This document shows, one piece after another, positions 28,773 to 37,916 of a stretch of DNA of 64,000 nt. The translations under genes were made by a program, and so were the position numbers. This DNA comes from an uncultured virus (IMG/VR IMGVR_UViG_3300022867_000010) (Duplodnaviria > Heunggongvirae > Uroviricota > Caudoviricetes), in IMG/VR virus record IMGVR_UViG_3300022867_000010; one strand, 5' to 3'. Positions within the stretch are counted from its first letter, which is position 1. Every line of letters starts with the position of its first letter. A model generated the notes under the pieces. It was not told where the DNA came from. It made no database searches and saw only the letters and a program-made list of their open reading frames with translations.

Positions 28773-30638
28773 TCAAAACGATCTTGTGTCTCCAACATAA
28801 TCTTCGGCAAAATAATCACTTGCATAACCTTGATTATGTAAAGAACCTTCGTCTGAAGCAATCACATCTTCAATATAAAGATTACCGGCTGTAATAGATA
28901 CATTTTCAAATGCTGCCGTTGAATCTGAAAATTCTGTTGTAAATGATATAGATAAATTATCCGAGACAGGTTCGTCTTCATTTAAAGCAGTGGCATAATC
29001 CAAGAATAAAGTGTCTGTGGTGTTTGGTGTTTCGACAAACGATCTATTCGCGGCAAAAACGAATGTAGGTGTATCAGCAACCGAAGAGTCGTCCAAAAAT
29101 GATTTGCCAATATTCCAATTAAACTCTTCTGTTGGTTGCGAGGAATCGATTATTGATCTGTATGCATTAAATGTGACGTTAAAATTCTCGGATGCGTTCA
29201 CACTTTCATTCGATGTTTTGTAATATTCCCAAGTAATGCCGTCAGGTACACCTATCAAATCTTCGACGCTAGCTTCGTCTTCTATTGATTTAAATATATC
29301 AAATTTCTGATCATCACTTGAAGAAAAAATGTCGGTAAATTGCTTTGTAGGCATCATGGACAATTGATCACTTGAAGAAAAAATGTCGGTAAATTGCTTT
29401 GTAGGCATCATGGACAATTGATCACTTGAAGAAAAAATGTCGGTAAATTGCTTTGTAGGCATCATGGACAATTGATCATCACTTGAAGAAAAAGAATCTG
29501 TTATTGATTTAAATATATCAAATTTCTGATCATCAGTTGAAGAAAAAATGTCGGTAAATTGCTTTGTAGGCATCATGGACAATTGATCATCAGTTGTATA
29601 AAAAGAATCTGTTATTGATTTAAATATATCAAATTTCTGATCATCAGTTGTAGAAAAAGAATCTGTTATTGATTTAAATATATCAAATTTCTGATCATCA
29701 GTTGAAGAAAAAATGTCGGTAAATTGCTTTGTAGGCATCATGGACAATTGATCACTTGAAGAAAAAGAATCTGTAAATGTTGTCCCATACGCCAAGGAAA
29801 GAAAATCCTCTAATCCATAACTATCATTAAACTCTCTTCTGAAATCTACAACCCGTTCAAAAACTTCAGAAGAAATTAAAGTGTCGCTTAATGCTTTTAT
29901 AGAATCTACAATTATCAAATCAGATAAAGATTGGTAATCAATAAAAGGTTTTGTGGAAAGTATATGAACTACGCTTGCCGTAGAAACGTTGTCTATAAAC
30001 GCAGTTTTATCTAAATATTTTGATATTAATTCTTCGGGTGCAATATAATCATTAAATATTCTATTAAAATCAATTGACAGAGCAATTAAATCTTCGTTTG
30101 TTGTAAAATCCACAACAGGTTTGCTTAACAGAAGATCTGTGTTGTCCAACGATTCTAATGCGTCATTAAGATCTCTATTGAAATCCGCAACCAGAGTTAT
30201 GTTGTCCGTGGCTTGTTGCGTCTCCGCAACAGACTTGATAAATTCAATTAATGATGAATCTTCGTTATTTGTCGAATCATTAAAGGACATGTTAAATGAT
30301 AACGATAGAAGATCTGCCAAAGATACGGTATCAACTGGGGCCGACAATGACACATCAAATGATATAAACTCGGCCGTTAATATTGTTTCGTTAGGAGATC
30401 TTGCAAAGTCCGATATGTAACTAAATTCATCGGTAGGAGAACTTAATATATCTGTAAAGGCCTTTGTTGGTGTAAGACTAAATTTTTCATTAACAAATGT
30501 ATCTTCGTCGATCAGATGAAAAGATCTTAGTACAGTACCGAGTACTGCAACACCCATAAAAGGTGTAAGATAATCTACCTTTGATTTACCTACAAAGTTA
30601 TCATAGGTGATCTTAATATCTGAAAACTTTTTAGTCAT
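28773..30638 (-). CDS. Acidic S/T/D/F-rich repeat structural protein (621 aa)
   Basis: About 18-aa periodic repeats along its length; C-terminal YASDYFAEDYVG. Confidence 0.65.
   Translation of the reverse strand: MTKKFSDIKITYDNFVGKSKVDYLTPFMGVAVLGTVLRSFHLIDEDTFVNEKFSLTPTKAFTDILSSPTDEFSYISDFARSPNETILTAEFISFDVSLSAPVDTVSLADLLSLSFNMSFNDSTNNEDSSLIEFIKSVAETQQATDNITLVADFNRDLNDALESLDNTDLLLSKPVVDFTTNEDLIALSIDFNRIFNDYIAPEELISKYLDKTAFIDNVSTASVVHILSTKPFIDYQSLSDLIIVDSIKALSDTLISSEVFERVVDFRREFNDSYGLEDFLSLAYGTTFTDSFSSSDQLSMMPTKQFTDIFSSTDDQKFDIFKSITDSFSTTDDQKFDIFKSITDSFYTTDDQLSMMPTKQFTDIFSSTDDQKFDIFKSITDSFSSSDDQLSMMPTKQFTDIFSSSDQLSMMPTKQFTDIFSSSDQLSMMPTKQFTDIFSSSDDQKFDIFKSIEDEASVEDLIGVPDGITWEYYKTSNESVNASENFNVTFNAYRSIIDSSQPTEEFNWNIGKSFLDDSSVADTPTFVFAANRSFVETPNTTDTLFLDYATALNEDEPVSDNLSISFTTEFSDSTAAFENVSITAGNLYIEDVIASDEGSLHNQGYASDYFAEDYVGDTRSF
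29285..29772 (-). repeat. Near-perfect 54/57-bp two-type tandem repeat array
   Basis: Unit A (QLSMMPTKQFTDIFSS[ST]D[D]) and unit B (QKFDIFKSITDSF...DD) in order A B B A B A A A B. Confidence 0.9.
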
Positions 30639-30647
30639 CGGAGATTG

Positions 30648-30992
30648 TTATCTCGTAACGCCAGCAGTGACTGTTATAATTCCTTCAACAGCTCTGTATT
30701 TTTCTCCTTCTCCACTGATAACAACAAGATCATACATATATCGCCCAGGTTTTATTAATGCGGTCTGTTCGTCAGTCAACATCATATACACCTCACCTAA
30801 CATAGGTTGAGGAACACTACAAGTCATCGCCGCGGTTACTGTGCTTGAAGATGCAGTCTTTCTAATTTGTGCAGTTGGCTCGCCATAACCTGTAAGATTA
30901 TATGCCTCATAATTATTTCCGGCCGCGACAAGCGTAATCTTTACAGAAAATGTAGAGCCTTGATCGATTGTTAAGTTTTTTACAATTGCCAT
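30648..30992 (-). CDS. Virion structural protein, BppU-like Ig domain
   Basis: NLTIDQGSTF, NLTGY...AQIRK, LT..QT.....GRY.YD, R.VEG...VT.GVTR. Confidence 0.7.
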   Translation of the reverse strand: MAIVKNLTIDQGSTFSVKITLVAAGNNYEAYNLTGYGEPTAQIRKTASSSTVTAAMTCSVPQPMLGEVYMMLTDEQTALIKPGRYMYDLVVISGEGEKYRAVEGIITVTAGVTR

Positions 30993-30994
30993 AG

Positions 30995-31354
30995 TTACAT
31001 ATCTTTAAATAGCCATGATACGGAATTTAGTTCATTGGCTGAAAGTTTAATGTCATTACTTAAAGATTCAACATCAAGAGTTTTAACGTCTATATCGATA
31101 TCTGAAAATAACATTTCGTTTAATTCCTTTTGAAACGTGTCCATATTCTCTTCTTTGATATTGGTATTACCTGTATCTTCATCTGCTTCACCATACGCGA
31201 CGAACAATGCTTGTCGCTTTTCCTCGAACATCTTAAACACTTCATTGACTTCGACTACATTCTTCGACAACTTGATGGCTGCAGGCAATGGTAAATCCAT
31301 CGCGGACAGTTTTTCTAATGTACCCTTTGCGTTAATTATATCATACGTTTTCAT
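30995..31354 (-). CDS. Hypothetical helical protein
   Basis: Late promoter at 31393-31400; LP...A.KL..N..., R..L...YG pattern. Confidence 0.6.
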   Translation of the reverse strand: MKTYDIINAKGTLEKLSAMDLPLPAAIKLSKNVVEVNEVFKMFEEKRQALFVAYGEADEDTGNTNIKEENMDTFQKELNEMLFSDIDIDVKTLDVESLSNDIKLSANELNSVSWLFKDM

Positions 31355-31404
31355 TTAGTTCACTTTAGTTAAGTTATATTATTATACCTATTTATTTATA
31401 TTGA

Positions 31405-31851
31405 TTAGATGTTCTTATAAAGAAATAATTCATTATAACCATTATAACCCGCCTGCCCGGTATAATCACCAAGCGGTTTAAAATCAAGTTTGTTAAACAT
31501 TTCTCTATTAGAAGGACTGCTGATAACAGTCACAAGTAAAGGATTCTGTTCAAGCACGTAGGACATTCTAGCATCAAACAATTTTCTATAAATGCCTTGC
31601 CGTCTATGTACTTTAGGTACAAGTGAACTTCTTAAATACCATATGTGGGGTTCCAAATACTCGGCGGCACAACAACCCACAAAGTTGTCGTCATCATCGT
31701 ATGCTAACCACCATGTAATATTCTCAGGGTTATCCATGTGGAATCGAGTTCGGCCAACCCCAAAAAATGACTGTTCCGATTCCTCAAAATAGTCATACAT
31801 GAAGTCAGCACCTGCGTTGTCCATCTTAATTCGTTTTATTGATATGTTCAT
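31405..31851 (-). CDS. GNAT acetyltransferase
   Basis: VGCC, YLRSSLVPKVHRRQGIY..L (acetyl-CoA motif A), F.KL.F. Confidence 0.8.
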   Translation of the reverse strand: MNISIKRIKMDNAGADFMYDYFEESEQSFFGVGRTRFHMDNPENITWWLAYDDDDNFVGCCAAEYLEPHIWYLRSSLVPKVHRRQGIYRKLFDARMSYVLEQNPLLVTVISSPSNREMFNKLDFKPLGDYTGQAGYNGYNELFLYKNI

Positions 31852-32888
31852 TCAAATCCCTTATCTGTAAAAAACTTAGGATAGTTCAAATCCTTCATAG
31901 TTATGTTATTACTTATAATCTGTATGATCATGTACCTTTGTATCTCATCAGGTCTATCACGCAGCTCAGACTGTCTTAGATGCATATTAGGGTCTGTTGC
32001 CGACCGGCGCTGTATCTGTTCTACGGTAGTGAAGGGGTCAACATCATCATGTATACCACTTATGAAATCCAATCCCTGAATGATTCTGAGAGGATTGCTT
32101 TCTTCGGCAAACATCGACCTAAGATATCTTAACGGAAAATCAATCATATTTTTAAGCACGATAGGATTTTCAGTTGAAGAAAACAACCTAAACTCAATAG
32201 TTTCTTCCTTTGCCGCCATATGACCATAGTTAAACATCGGCCGGACAATCTTACTCTTATCTGTAGTGCAAGTTGGGGGTTTACTTAAAGGCGCTCCATT
32301 ATGTAGAGTGTGTATTATTTCAGATACAGTTGCCTTGCTATCAAGATTTCTCATGTTCTCGATAACCCATTCGGGGTATATGGTCATCTTCTGTTTGGCC
32401 ACATAACGAGCCCAATATATTAAATGTGCTTTCAATTCGTCGGAAAGTGCATTTAAATTAGGCAGCTCACGTTTTTTGGTCATATTGACCAAAAACTGAG
32501 ATTCCCATTGACGACTCCATAGTATCATTCGTTTCAATAAATCAGGTCGTTCTAACAACTTAGGTATTCTTACATGCATGTGAAGGCCGTTAGTACCTGC
32601 CACCTTATCCTTTAAGTGCTCGGGTATTAGATACTCTAATAAACTCGTTATTGAACTTAATAGTTCCGCTTCTGAATTTTCAGGTTTTAGTTGTAATTCA
32701 CCACCAAACATATTTAACTTTAGAGTTCTATCACAAAACAAACCCGATGGAGTTATCGGGTAGTCTTCTCTTTTGCAATATACCGTACCTTCAGGTAAGG
32801 GAAGATGCCTATCCAAAGCACCGCTTTCATATTCCATACCAAAAGTTGTACCTTCAAATAAGTCGTCTATTTCAGACGGAGACATCAT
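31848..32888 (-). CDS. Putative amidoligase (COOH-NH2 ligase, glutamine-synthetase-like fold)
   Basis: TFGMEYE, GGELQ, GLHMHV, TIEFRLF..T motifs. Confidence 0.7.
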   Translation of the reverse strand: MMSPSEIDDLFEGTTFGMEYESGALDRHLPLPEGTVYCKREDYPITPSGLFCDRTLKLNMFGGELQLKPENSEAELLSSITSLLEYLIPEHLKDKVAGTNGLHMHVRIPKLLERPDLLKRMILWSRQWESQFLVNMTKKRELPNLNALSDELKAHLIYWARYVAKQKMTIYPEWVIENMRNLDSKATVSEIIHTLHNGAPLSKPPTCTTDKSKIVRPMFNYGHMAAKEETIEFRLFSSTENPIVLKNMIDFPLRYLRSMFAEESNPLRIIQGLDFISGIHDDVDPFTTVEQIQRRSATDPNMHLRQSELRDRPDEIQRYMIIQIISNNITMKDLNYPKFFTDKGFE

Positions 32889-32890
32889 AT

Positions 32891-33154
32891 CTAAAGAGGC
32901 AGACCTTTTCGAGCTATCAGTTCAGCCGTTACTTCTTCTGTTGCCCATTCAGGAACTGAGGGTACGTCTGGAACTTCGGTTAAGAAATATTTTCTGTATT
33001 GTTCTTCCGTCCACTCATTCTGTTCAGCTTCAAGTGGTATAGCATGGTTTCTTAAAAGTGTAACTTCTGCATTCGTCGACGAATGCCATTCTAAAAGCAT
33101 AGTTGCGGTACTTGCATCGGTTCCTACAACTTTAAAACTGTCATATTGTATCAT
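32891..33154 (-). CDS. Hypothetical protein
   Basis: 87-aa ORF with ATGA overlap, inside the operon. Confidence 0.55.
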   Translation of the reverse strand: MIQYDSFKVVGTDASTATMLLEWHSSTNAEVTLLRNHAIPLEAEQNEWTEEQYRKYFLTEVPDVPSVPEWATEEVTAELIARKGLPL

Positions 33155-33591
33155 GATTTTCTCTCTTTGTTAAATTTGTCGTATATTGTCATAGCCAATG
33201 CCTGATCTCCATACATAGGGTAATTTGGATTAGGCACGGTTATATGTACTCTATGTGTGACTTCAGGAAAATAGTCACTGGGTTGACCATATCTAGAACA
33301 CCCAACTATATATACCGCATCTCCGGGATGCTCAAAATTTCCAAGTTCTACCGACTCAACACCTTCGTCATATTCTTGAATCGCTACTACCGGTCGATTG
33401 CCGTATATTTGCGCTTCTTCGGGTTCAAAAATAAGTTGGCCGCTCAATCCATATATAGCACACAACTGCACATAATGATCTTCGAATCTTGCCCTATCTT
33501 TTTCAGCTTCAGACTCAGGCATTGGATAAAACCCCACAACCGTTATATTAGGTTGGCAATTTTTAGTTAGATTGGTATTTATTTTATACAT
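33151..33591 (-). CDS. SPOUT (SpoU/TrmH-like) methyltransferase-fold protein, paralogue 2
   Basis: RPVVAIQE...L.NFEHP.DAVYIVG...HRVHI...MYGDQALA..IYD; start placed at MYKIN (track start 33618). Confidence 0.6.
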   Translation of the reverse strand: MYKINTNLTKNCQPNITVVGFYPMPESEAEKDRARFEDHYVQLCAIYGLSGQLIFEPEEAQIYGNRPVVAIQEYDEGVESVELGNFEHPGDAVYIVGCSRYGQPSDYFPEVTHRVHITVPNPNYPMYGDQALAMTIYDKFNKERKS

Positions 33592-34024
33592 TGAATCTCT
33601 CTTTACTAAATTTATCATATAACGCGATAGCTAGTACCTGATCTCCGTATATAGGGTGTTCAGGATTTCCAGTTGGTATGTGAACTTTGTGTGTAATTTG
33701 AGAAAAATGTTCACTGGGCCAACGATATTGTGAATTACCTACTATATATACCGCATCCCTAGGATGTTCAAAATCAATTAGGGATACAGATTCGTCGCCT
33801 TCAACGACTTCTTGTATTGCCACCACAGGCCGATTGCCGTATATTCTCGCTTCGTCAGGATGATTTATTAACTGTCCTGAAACTCCATAACCTAAGGTCA
33901 GTGACAAATAGTGAGAGGTAAATCTGCGTTTAACCTCCTCATGATTACATTCTGGAGTTGGATAAAATCCTATGATCTTCACATTAATGTCGGCTACTTT
34001 TTTTATAATTTGATCGTGAATCAT
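33584..34024 (-). CDS. SPOUT (SpoU/TrmH-like) methyltransferase-fold protein, paralogue 1
   Basis: RPVVAIQE...LIDFEHPRDAVYIVG...HKVHIPT...IYGDQVLAIALYD; TATAAATA at 34025-34032 immediately upstream. Confidence 0.6.
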   Translation of the reverse strand: MIHDQIIKKVADINVKIIGFYPTPECNHEEVKRRFTSHYLSLTLGYGVSGQLINHPDEARIYGNRPVVAIQEVVEGDESVSLIDFEHPRDAVYIVGNSQYRWPSEHFSQITHKVHIPTGNPEHPIYGDQVLAIALYDKFSKERFNV

Positions 34025-34027
34025 TAT

Positions 34028-34948
34028 TTATACAAGACCGCCGTAATATGTTCCCAACCCAGAAGGAAATGAAACATTACCTGTTCGATATATTGCATTA
34101 TTGCTGGCACCACCGCTGCCTCCGGACCAGGTCGCTGATGCGCCTGAAGAACCCCCGACACCGAGTGCACCGCCATTTCCACCAGCACCACCGTATCTGC
34201 CAGTTGTTGTAGCACACGAATCTTCTAGCACATATCCGACAGCACCACCTGATGTTGATAGAGCCATGTTACCTCCATTTCCGTATCCGCCACGGCCGCC
34301 ATTAGCGTATCCGTATGCCCCATTAGCGCAAGGTACACCATATCCTCCCGAGAAAGCGCCACTACTTGGGTTTTTGGTTCTAGGTACATAGTAGGCATTT
34401 GTATGTGCAGCGATAACTCTGATTCTTCCACCACCGCCACCGCCACCGCCACCCGCGGCGATATAGTTGTTATTATACACAAAAAGATTATTTCGAGTTG
34501 TAGACCCTCTAAAGATTGCGCCAGGACCACCTGGCCCGCCGTTGCCTCCTGATGATGATGTACCGCCTGCGCCTTGTGCGCCTTGTGCTCCTCGAACGTT
34601 ACCATTAAGTTGAATTGTAACTTTCCAATGATTGGCGAGATTACCCGTGTCAAATGCCCAATTGCTCGATGATGTACCGTATGCATCACTAGTCAAGGTC
34701 ACAACAATCTCTCCAGTAGAATCCAGTGCGGCAAAAGCGGCATTGGCGGCTAGATTAAAATTTGGACCCATCGATATCGTTAGTGTTTGTGGACCCTGAG
34801 CACTATAGAATTGATTAGCACTAATTACACCCGATGTAGGTATCTGAGAATCTTTTCCATAATATTCAGATATAGAAATAGGGTTTGTGCCGCCCATTTC
34901 CGTTTGTATGTCTGTAAAAGACAATGTACCAGACGAAGCAATAGGCAT
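34028..34948 (-). CDS. Gly-rich tail-fibre tip adhesin (gp38-like)
   Basis: N-terminal SG.LS..DI..E.GG..P.S.SEYY; GGGGGGG and GG.GG polyglycine segments; directly after an S74-type fibre. Confidence 0.75.
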   Translation of the reverse strand: MPIASSGTLSFTDIQTEMGGTNPISISEYYGKDSQIPTSGVISANQFYSAQGPQTLTISMGPNFNLAANAAFAALDSTGEIVVTLTSDAYGTSSSNWAFDTGNLANHWKVTIQLNGNVRGAQGAQGAGGTSSSGGNGGPGGPGAIFRGSTTRNNLFVYNNNYIAAGGGGGGGGGRIRVIAAHTNAYYVPRTKNPSSGAFSGGYGVPCANGAYGYANGGRGGYGNGGNMALSTSGGAVGYVLEDSCATTTGRYGGAGGNGGALGVGGSSGASATWSGGSGGASNNAIYRTGNVSFPSGLGTYYGGLV

Positions 34949-37668
34949 TACTTATTCTCCAATATCTTAATTTTAGAGTTAAGTTCTTTTACGGCTTCTA
35001 TCAACACGGCCACTAGTTTATCATATGATACCGTTTTATATGAATCGCCATCGATTTCAATCGACTCAGAAACTATTTCAGGAAACACAGCTTCAACTTG
35101 ATCAGCAAGAACACCAATGTCCTTAGTACCTGCTTTACATTCCGTATGAGCAATGCCAGATTTCCATGTGAAATCAACACCATCTAGTTGCATTAGTTTT
35201 TCGATAGGACTTTCTATTTTACCTATAACATCTTTTAATCTTGGGTCTGAATAAGCAGTAAGATTACCTGCGGCAACCATATCTCCATTTGCACTACTAT
35301 ACCACGACCATGCAGCTCGACTCCATCCACCTAAACCAAAAGTTCCGTCATTACGCACACCCAATTTAATACCGTAGGAATTATTATGAAAAGATAATCC
35401 TGCTAGTTCACTATCACCGGTGCCATTCGATTTACATGTGAAACTTCCATTAGCGATGGTATTATTAAGAGCAACATTCAAGCCGGAAGTTATTCCCGTT
35501 ATATGATTGTTCTGGTTGTTACTAGATAAGTATGTAGCATTGGTTGATTGACTTACAGATGCAGTCAGGGTAACATCACCCGAACCGTCTATAGAAACCG
35601 TACCCGTTGCATTTCCACCCAAAGAAATAGATCGTGCAGTTGCCCATGCAGATGCAGTTGATGCATTACCTACAAGTGCAGCAGTAACCGTGGTGCCCGT
35701 CATTGAAGTAAATCCTACAGTACCCGTGAAGGTAGGAGACGCGGATTTTACTAAACTTGATGTACCTGTAACCGAGGTCGTTCCTGTTCCACCACGGGTT
35801 GTTGGTAAAGTGCCCGAAGATATTGCAGTAGCGGCAAGGCCTGAAATTGTTCCACCTGAGTGATTATGCGAATTGTCAGCAACAACCAACGACACATCAC
35901 TCACATCTGCACTTCCATCGATTGTAAAGTTACCGGTGACATCACCTGTGGCAAAAGTTACAGTTCGTGCAGTTGTCCATTTAAGAGCGGTGTTTGCTTG
36001 ATCACCAAGTTGCATATATCGATTATCAAGATCGGCCGATGCTATCGTGGAGATATGACCAAACGTGTCAAGGGTTATATCTTGTATAACATTACCAGCC
36101 GAATTATTGACTGAACCTTGTGAACTTGTATCTGCGTGAGCAATTTCCAATACAAACGCGGGTTCTGTTGAATCGGTATAATTAACTACGATACCAGAAC
36201 CGCTAGATATTTGTAATGTATCATTACTATCCAAGGCAACAGAAGTTGTGTCACCGTCGGTTAGAGTTAATACTGTGTCGATGCCCTCGCGCATTACATT
36301 ATGCACAATTCCTGCAATAGCATCATCTACAGGAGTTACAGTAGTCCAGCGATTGCCCGTTTCATCCCACAATAAAGAAGCATTTGTGTAAATGCCACGT
36401 TCTAATTCAATTCCACCTGACTCTGTAGGTACGCCAACTACGTCATTATTCAATACAATAGTATTGTCTGCTACATTGATTGTGTTGCTATTTACAGTAG
36501 TTGTAGTACCGTTAACAGTAAGATTTCCGCCTACAACCAAATGACTGCTAATGTCTAATATACCAGTGATATCGGTATTACCGACAATGTTTGTCGCGGC
36601 ATTAATATCGACAATGTTTGTCGCGGCATCAATTACTAGATTGCCAGTTGTTGTGGTTAATGTATTATCTGTGGTAACACCTGTAGTGATATTACCTGCA
36701 GTAAGACCAGAAACAATTGGATTTGCAACTAGGCCGATTGTTACATCAGATGTCTCAACATTATTTGATGATACGGTAGTTTGATTAGCTGTTGCAATTA
36801 TTTGTTTAACATAAGCGCCAGTTGATTGTGTTCCAAGAGCGACAGCATTGGCCTGAATGGCTGTATCGAAAGTCTGTGTAACCGAATCCCATACTACATC
36901 AACACCAGTTTCTGTGTTGTTGGCAAACAATTCAAAAGCGTTAAGTCGTGTAACCATTTTACTTGTGGTAGCGACTTCTGCCGCGTCAACACCATTAACT
37001 ACTTTGACGTACCAATCTCGAAGCGTCTCGTCCCATTCGAGGCCACTGGTTAATCTAGGAGTTCCGTAAGTACCACGAGAAATAAGAACACCACCAGAAA
37101 TTGCAGTAGCTGCCGTAATGTCACCAAGTCGAATGTAACTCGTGTTTATAGCAAGAGTCCCCGTGGCCGAAGGTACTTTCAAAGTACCGTTCGTCATATC
37201 GAGTGTTCCATTGAATGTGACTGTTTTTGTTGATGGATAAACTAAATCACTATTTAAAGTCTGTGAAGTAGTTGATAATAATTCTAATTTACCTACCAAA
37301 GAAGCATTGACTACGTTTACAATATCGTCAACCGCAGTACCAGCATCAGAAAGAGTAACTGTATTACCCGCAGATACCTGAACAACTTCCCCTGATTGAA
37401 ATGTTCCGACAATATCTGTGATGCATATTTCCGCAACTTGGGTAACAGTAACAACACCTGCCACAACACCAGTTGCGCCAGAAGTCAAACCAGTCACTAC
37501 ATTTCCATGAACTATTGCACCTGCCAAAGAAGCAACCGTATGAGTAAAAACCTTTGCATTCTCGGGATGTTTCATGGATGATAGATCACCCATTCCAATA
37601 GAAATATTGTTGGAATTGATTCTCAATTCATCAAGAGAGTTAGTCTTTGCTGTGGATATTACGGTCAT
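34948..37668 (-). CDS. Long tail fibre distal subunit with peptidase S74 chaperone (906 aa)
   Basis: GNLTVNGTTTTVNS, W.TAR.I.L.G..TG..SIDGS repeats, YSDPRLK...L.GV.F.W...G..A..VE.VFPE; late promoter at 37706-37713. Confidence 0.85.
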   Translation of the reverse strand: MTVISTAKTNSLDELRINSNNISIGMGDLSSMKHPENAKVFTHTVASLAGAIVHGNVVTGLTSGATGVVAGVVTVTQVAEICITDIVGTFQSGEVVQVSAGNTVTLSDAGTAVDDIVNVVNASLVGKLELLSTTSQTLNSDLVYPSTKTVTFNGTLDMTNGTLKVPSATGTLAINTSYIRLGDITAATAISGGVLISRGTYGTPRLTSGLEWDETLRDWYVKVVNGVDAAEVATTSKMVTRLNAFELFANNTETGVDVVWDSVTQTFDTAIQANAVALGTQSTGAYVKQIIATANQTTVSSNNVETSDVTIGLVANPIVSGLTAGNITTGVTTDNTLTTTTGNLVIDAATNIVDINAATNIVGNTDITGILDISSHLVVGGNLTVNGTTTTVNSNTINVADNTIVLNNDVVGVPTESGGIELERGIYTNASLLWDETGNRWTTVTPVDDAIAGIVHNVMREGIDTVLTLTDGDTTSVALDSNDTLQISSGSGIVVNYTDSTEPAFVLEIAHADTSSQGSVNNSAGNVIQDITLDTFGHISTIASADLDNRYMQLGDQANTALKWTTARTVTFATGDVTGNFTIDGSADVSDVSLVVADNSHNHSGGTISGLAATAISSGTLPTTRGGTGTTSVTGTSSLVKSASPTFTGTVGFTSMTGTTVTAALVGNASTASAWATARSISLGGNATGTVSIDGSGDVTLTASVSQSTNATYLSSNNQNNHITGITSGLNVALNNTIANGSFTCKSNGTGDSELAGLSFHNNSYGIKLGVRNDGTFGLGGWSRAAWSWYSSANGDMVAAGNLTAYSDPRLKDVIGKIESPIEKLMQLDGVDFTWKSGIAHTECKAGTKDIGVLADQVEAVFPEIVSESIEIDGDSYKTVSYDKLVAVLIEAVKELNSKIKILENK

Positions 37669-37916
37669 TATTTAGCACTCTTCTGCGTTTTTGGTTTATT
37701 TGAACTATTTATAATGCTTTCGATCATACCTCGCAATTCATCAACTTCGGCTCGAAGTGATAACAATTCATTATCCTTTGCCTTAATGGCAGCTTTCCTT
37801 TGTTGGAATTGAGCAAAGGATTTCTGATTTGTGTTGACAATAGCGCCAGTGCTAGCATCTCTTTCGAGATCAGATTCTCCTTGTACCTTTAATTTCTTAC
37901 TCATTTTATTACCCAA
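37668..37916 (-). CDS. Small conserved coiled-coil protein
   Basis: V.G.S.L.RD..TGAIVN followed by a coiled coil; a pattern seen after the large structural gene in T4-like marine phages. Confidence 0.65.
   Translation of the reverse strand: MGNKMSKKLKVQGESDLERDASTGAIVNTNQKSFAQFQQRKAAIKAKDNELLSLRAEVDELRGMIESIINSSNKPKTQKSAK

Noticed and set aside
29285..29772. CRISPR-like array
   Set aside because: Units are contiguous, in frame and coding, with no unique spacers and no cas genes.
36582..36629. 21-bp direct repeat with internal dyad (cgacaatgtttgtcgcggcat, twice)
   Set aside because: An in-frame 9-codon duplication (AATNIV) within the fibre shaft; no evidence for a regulatory role.
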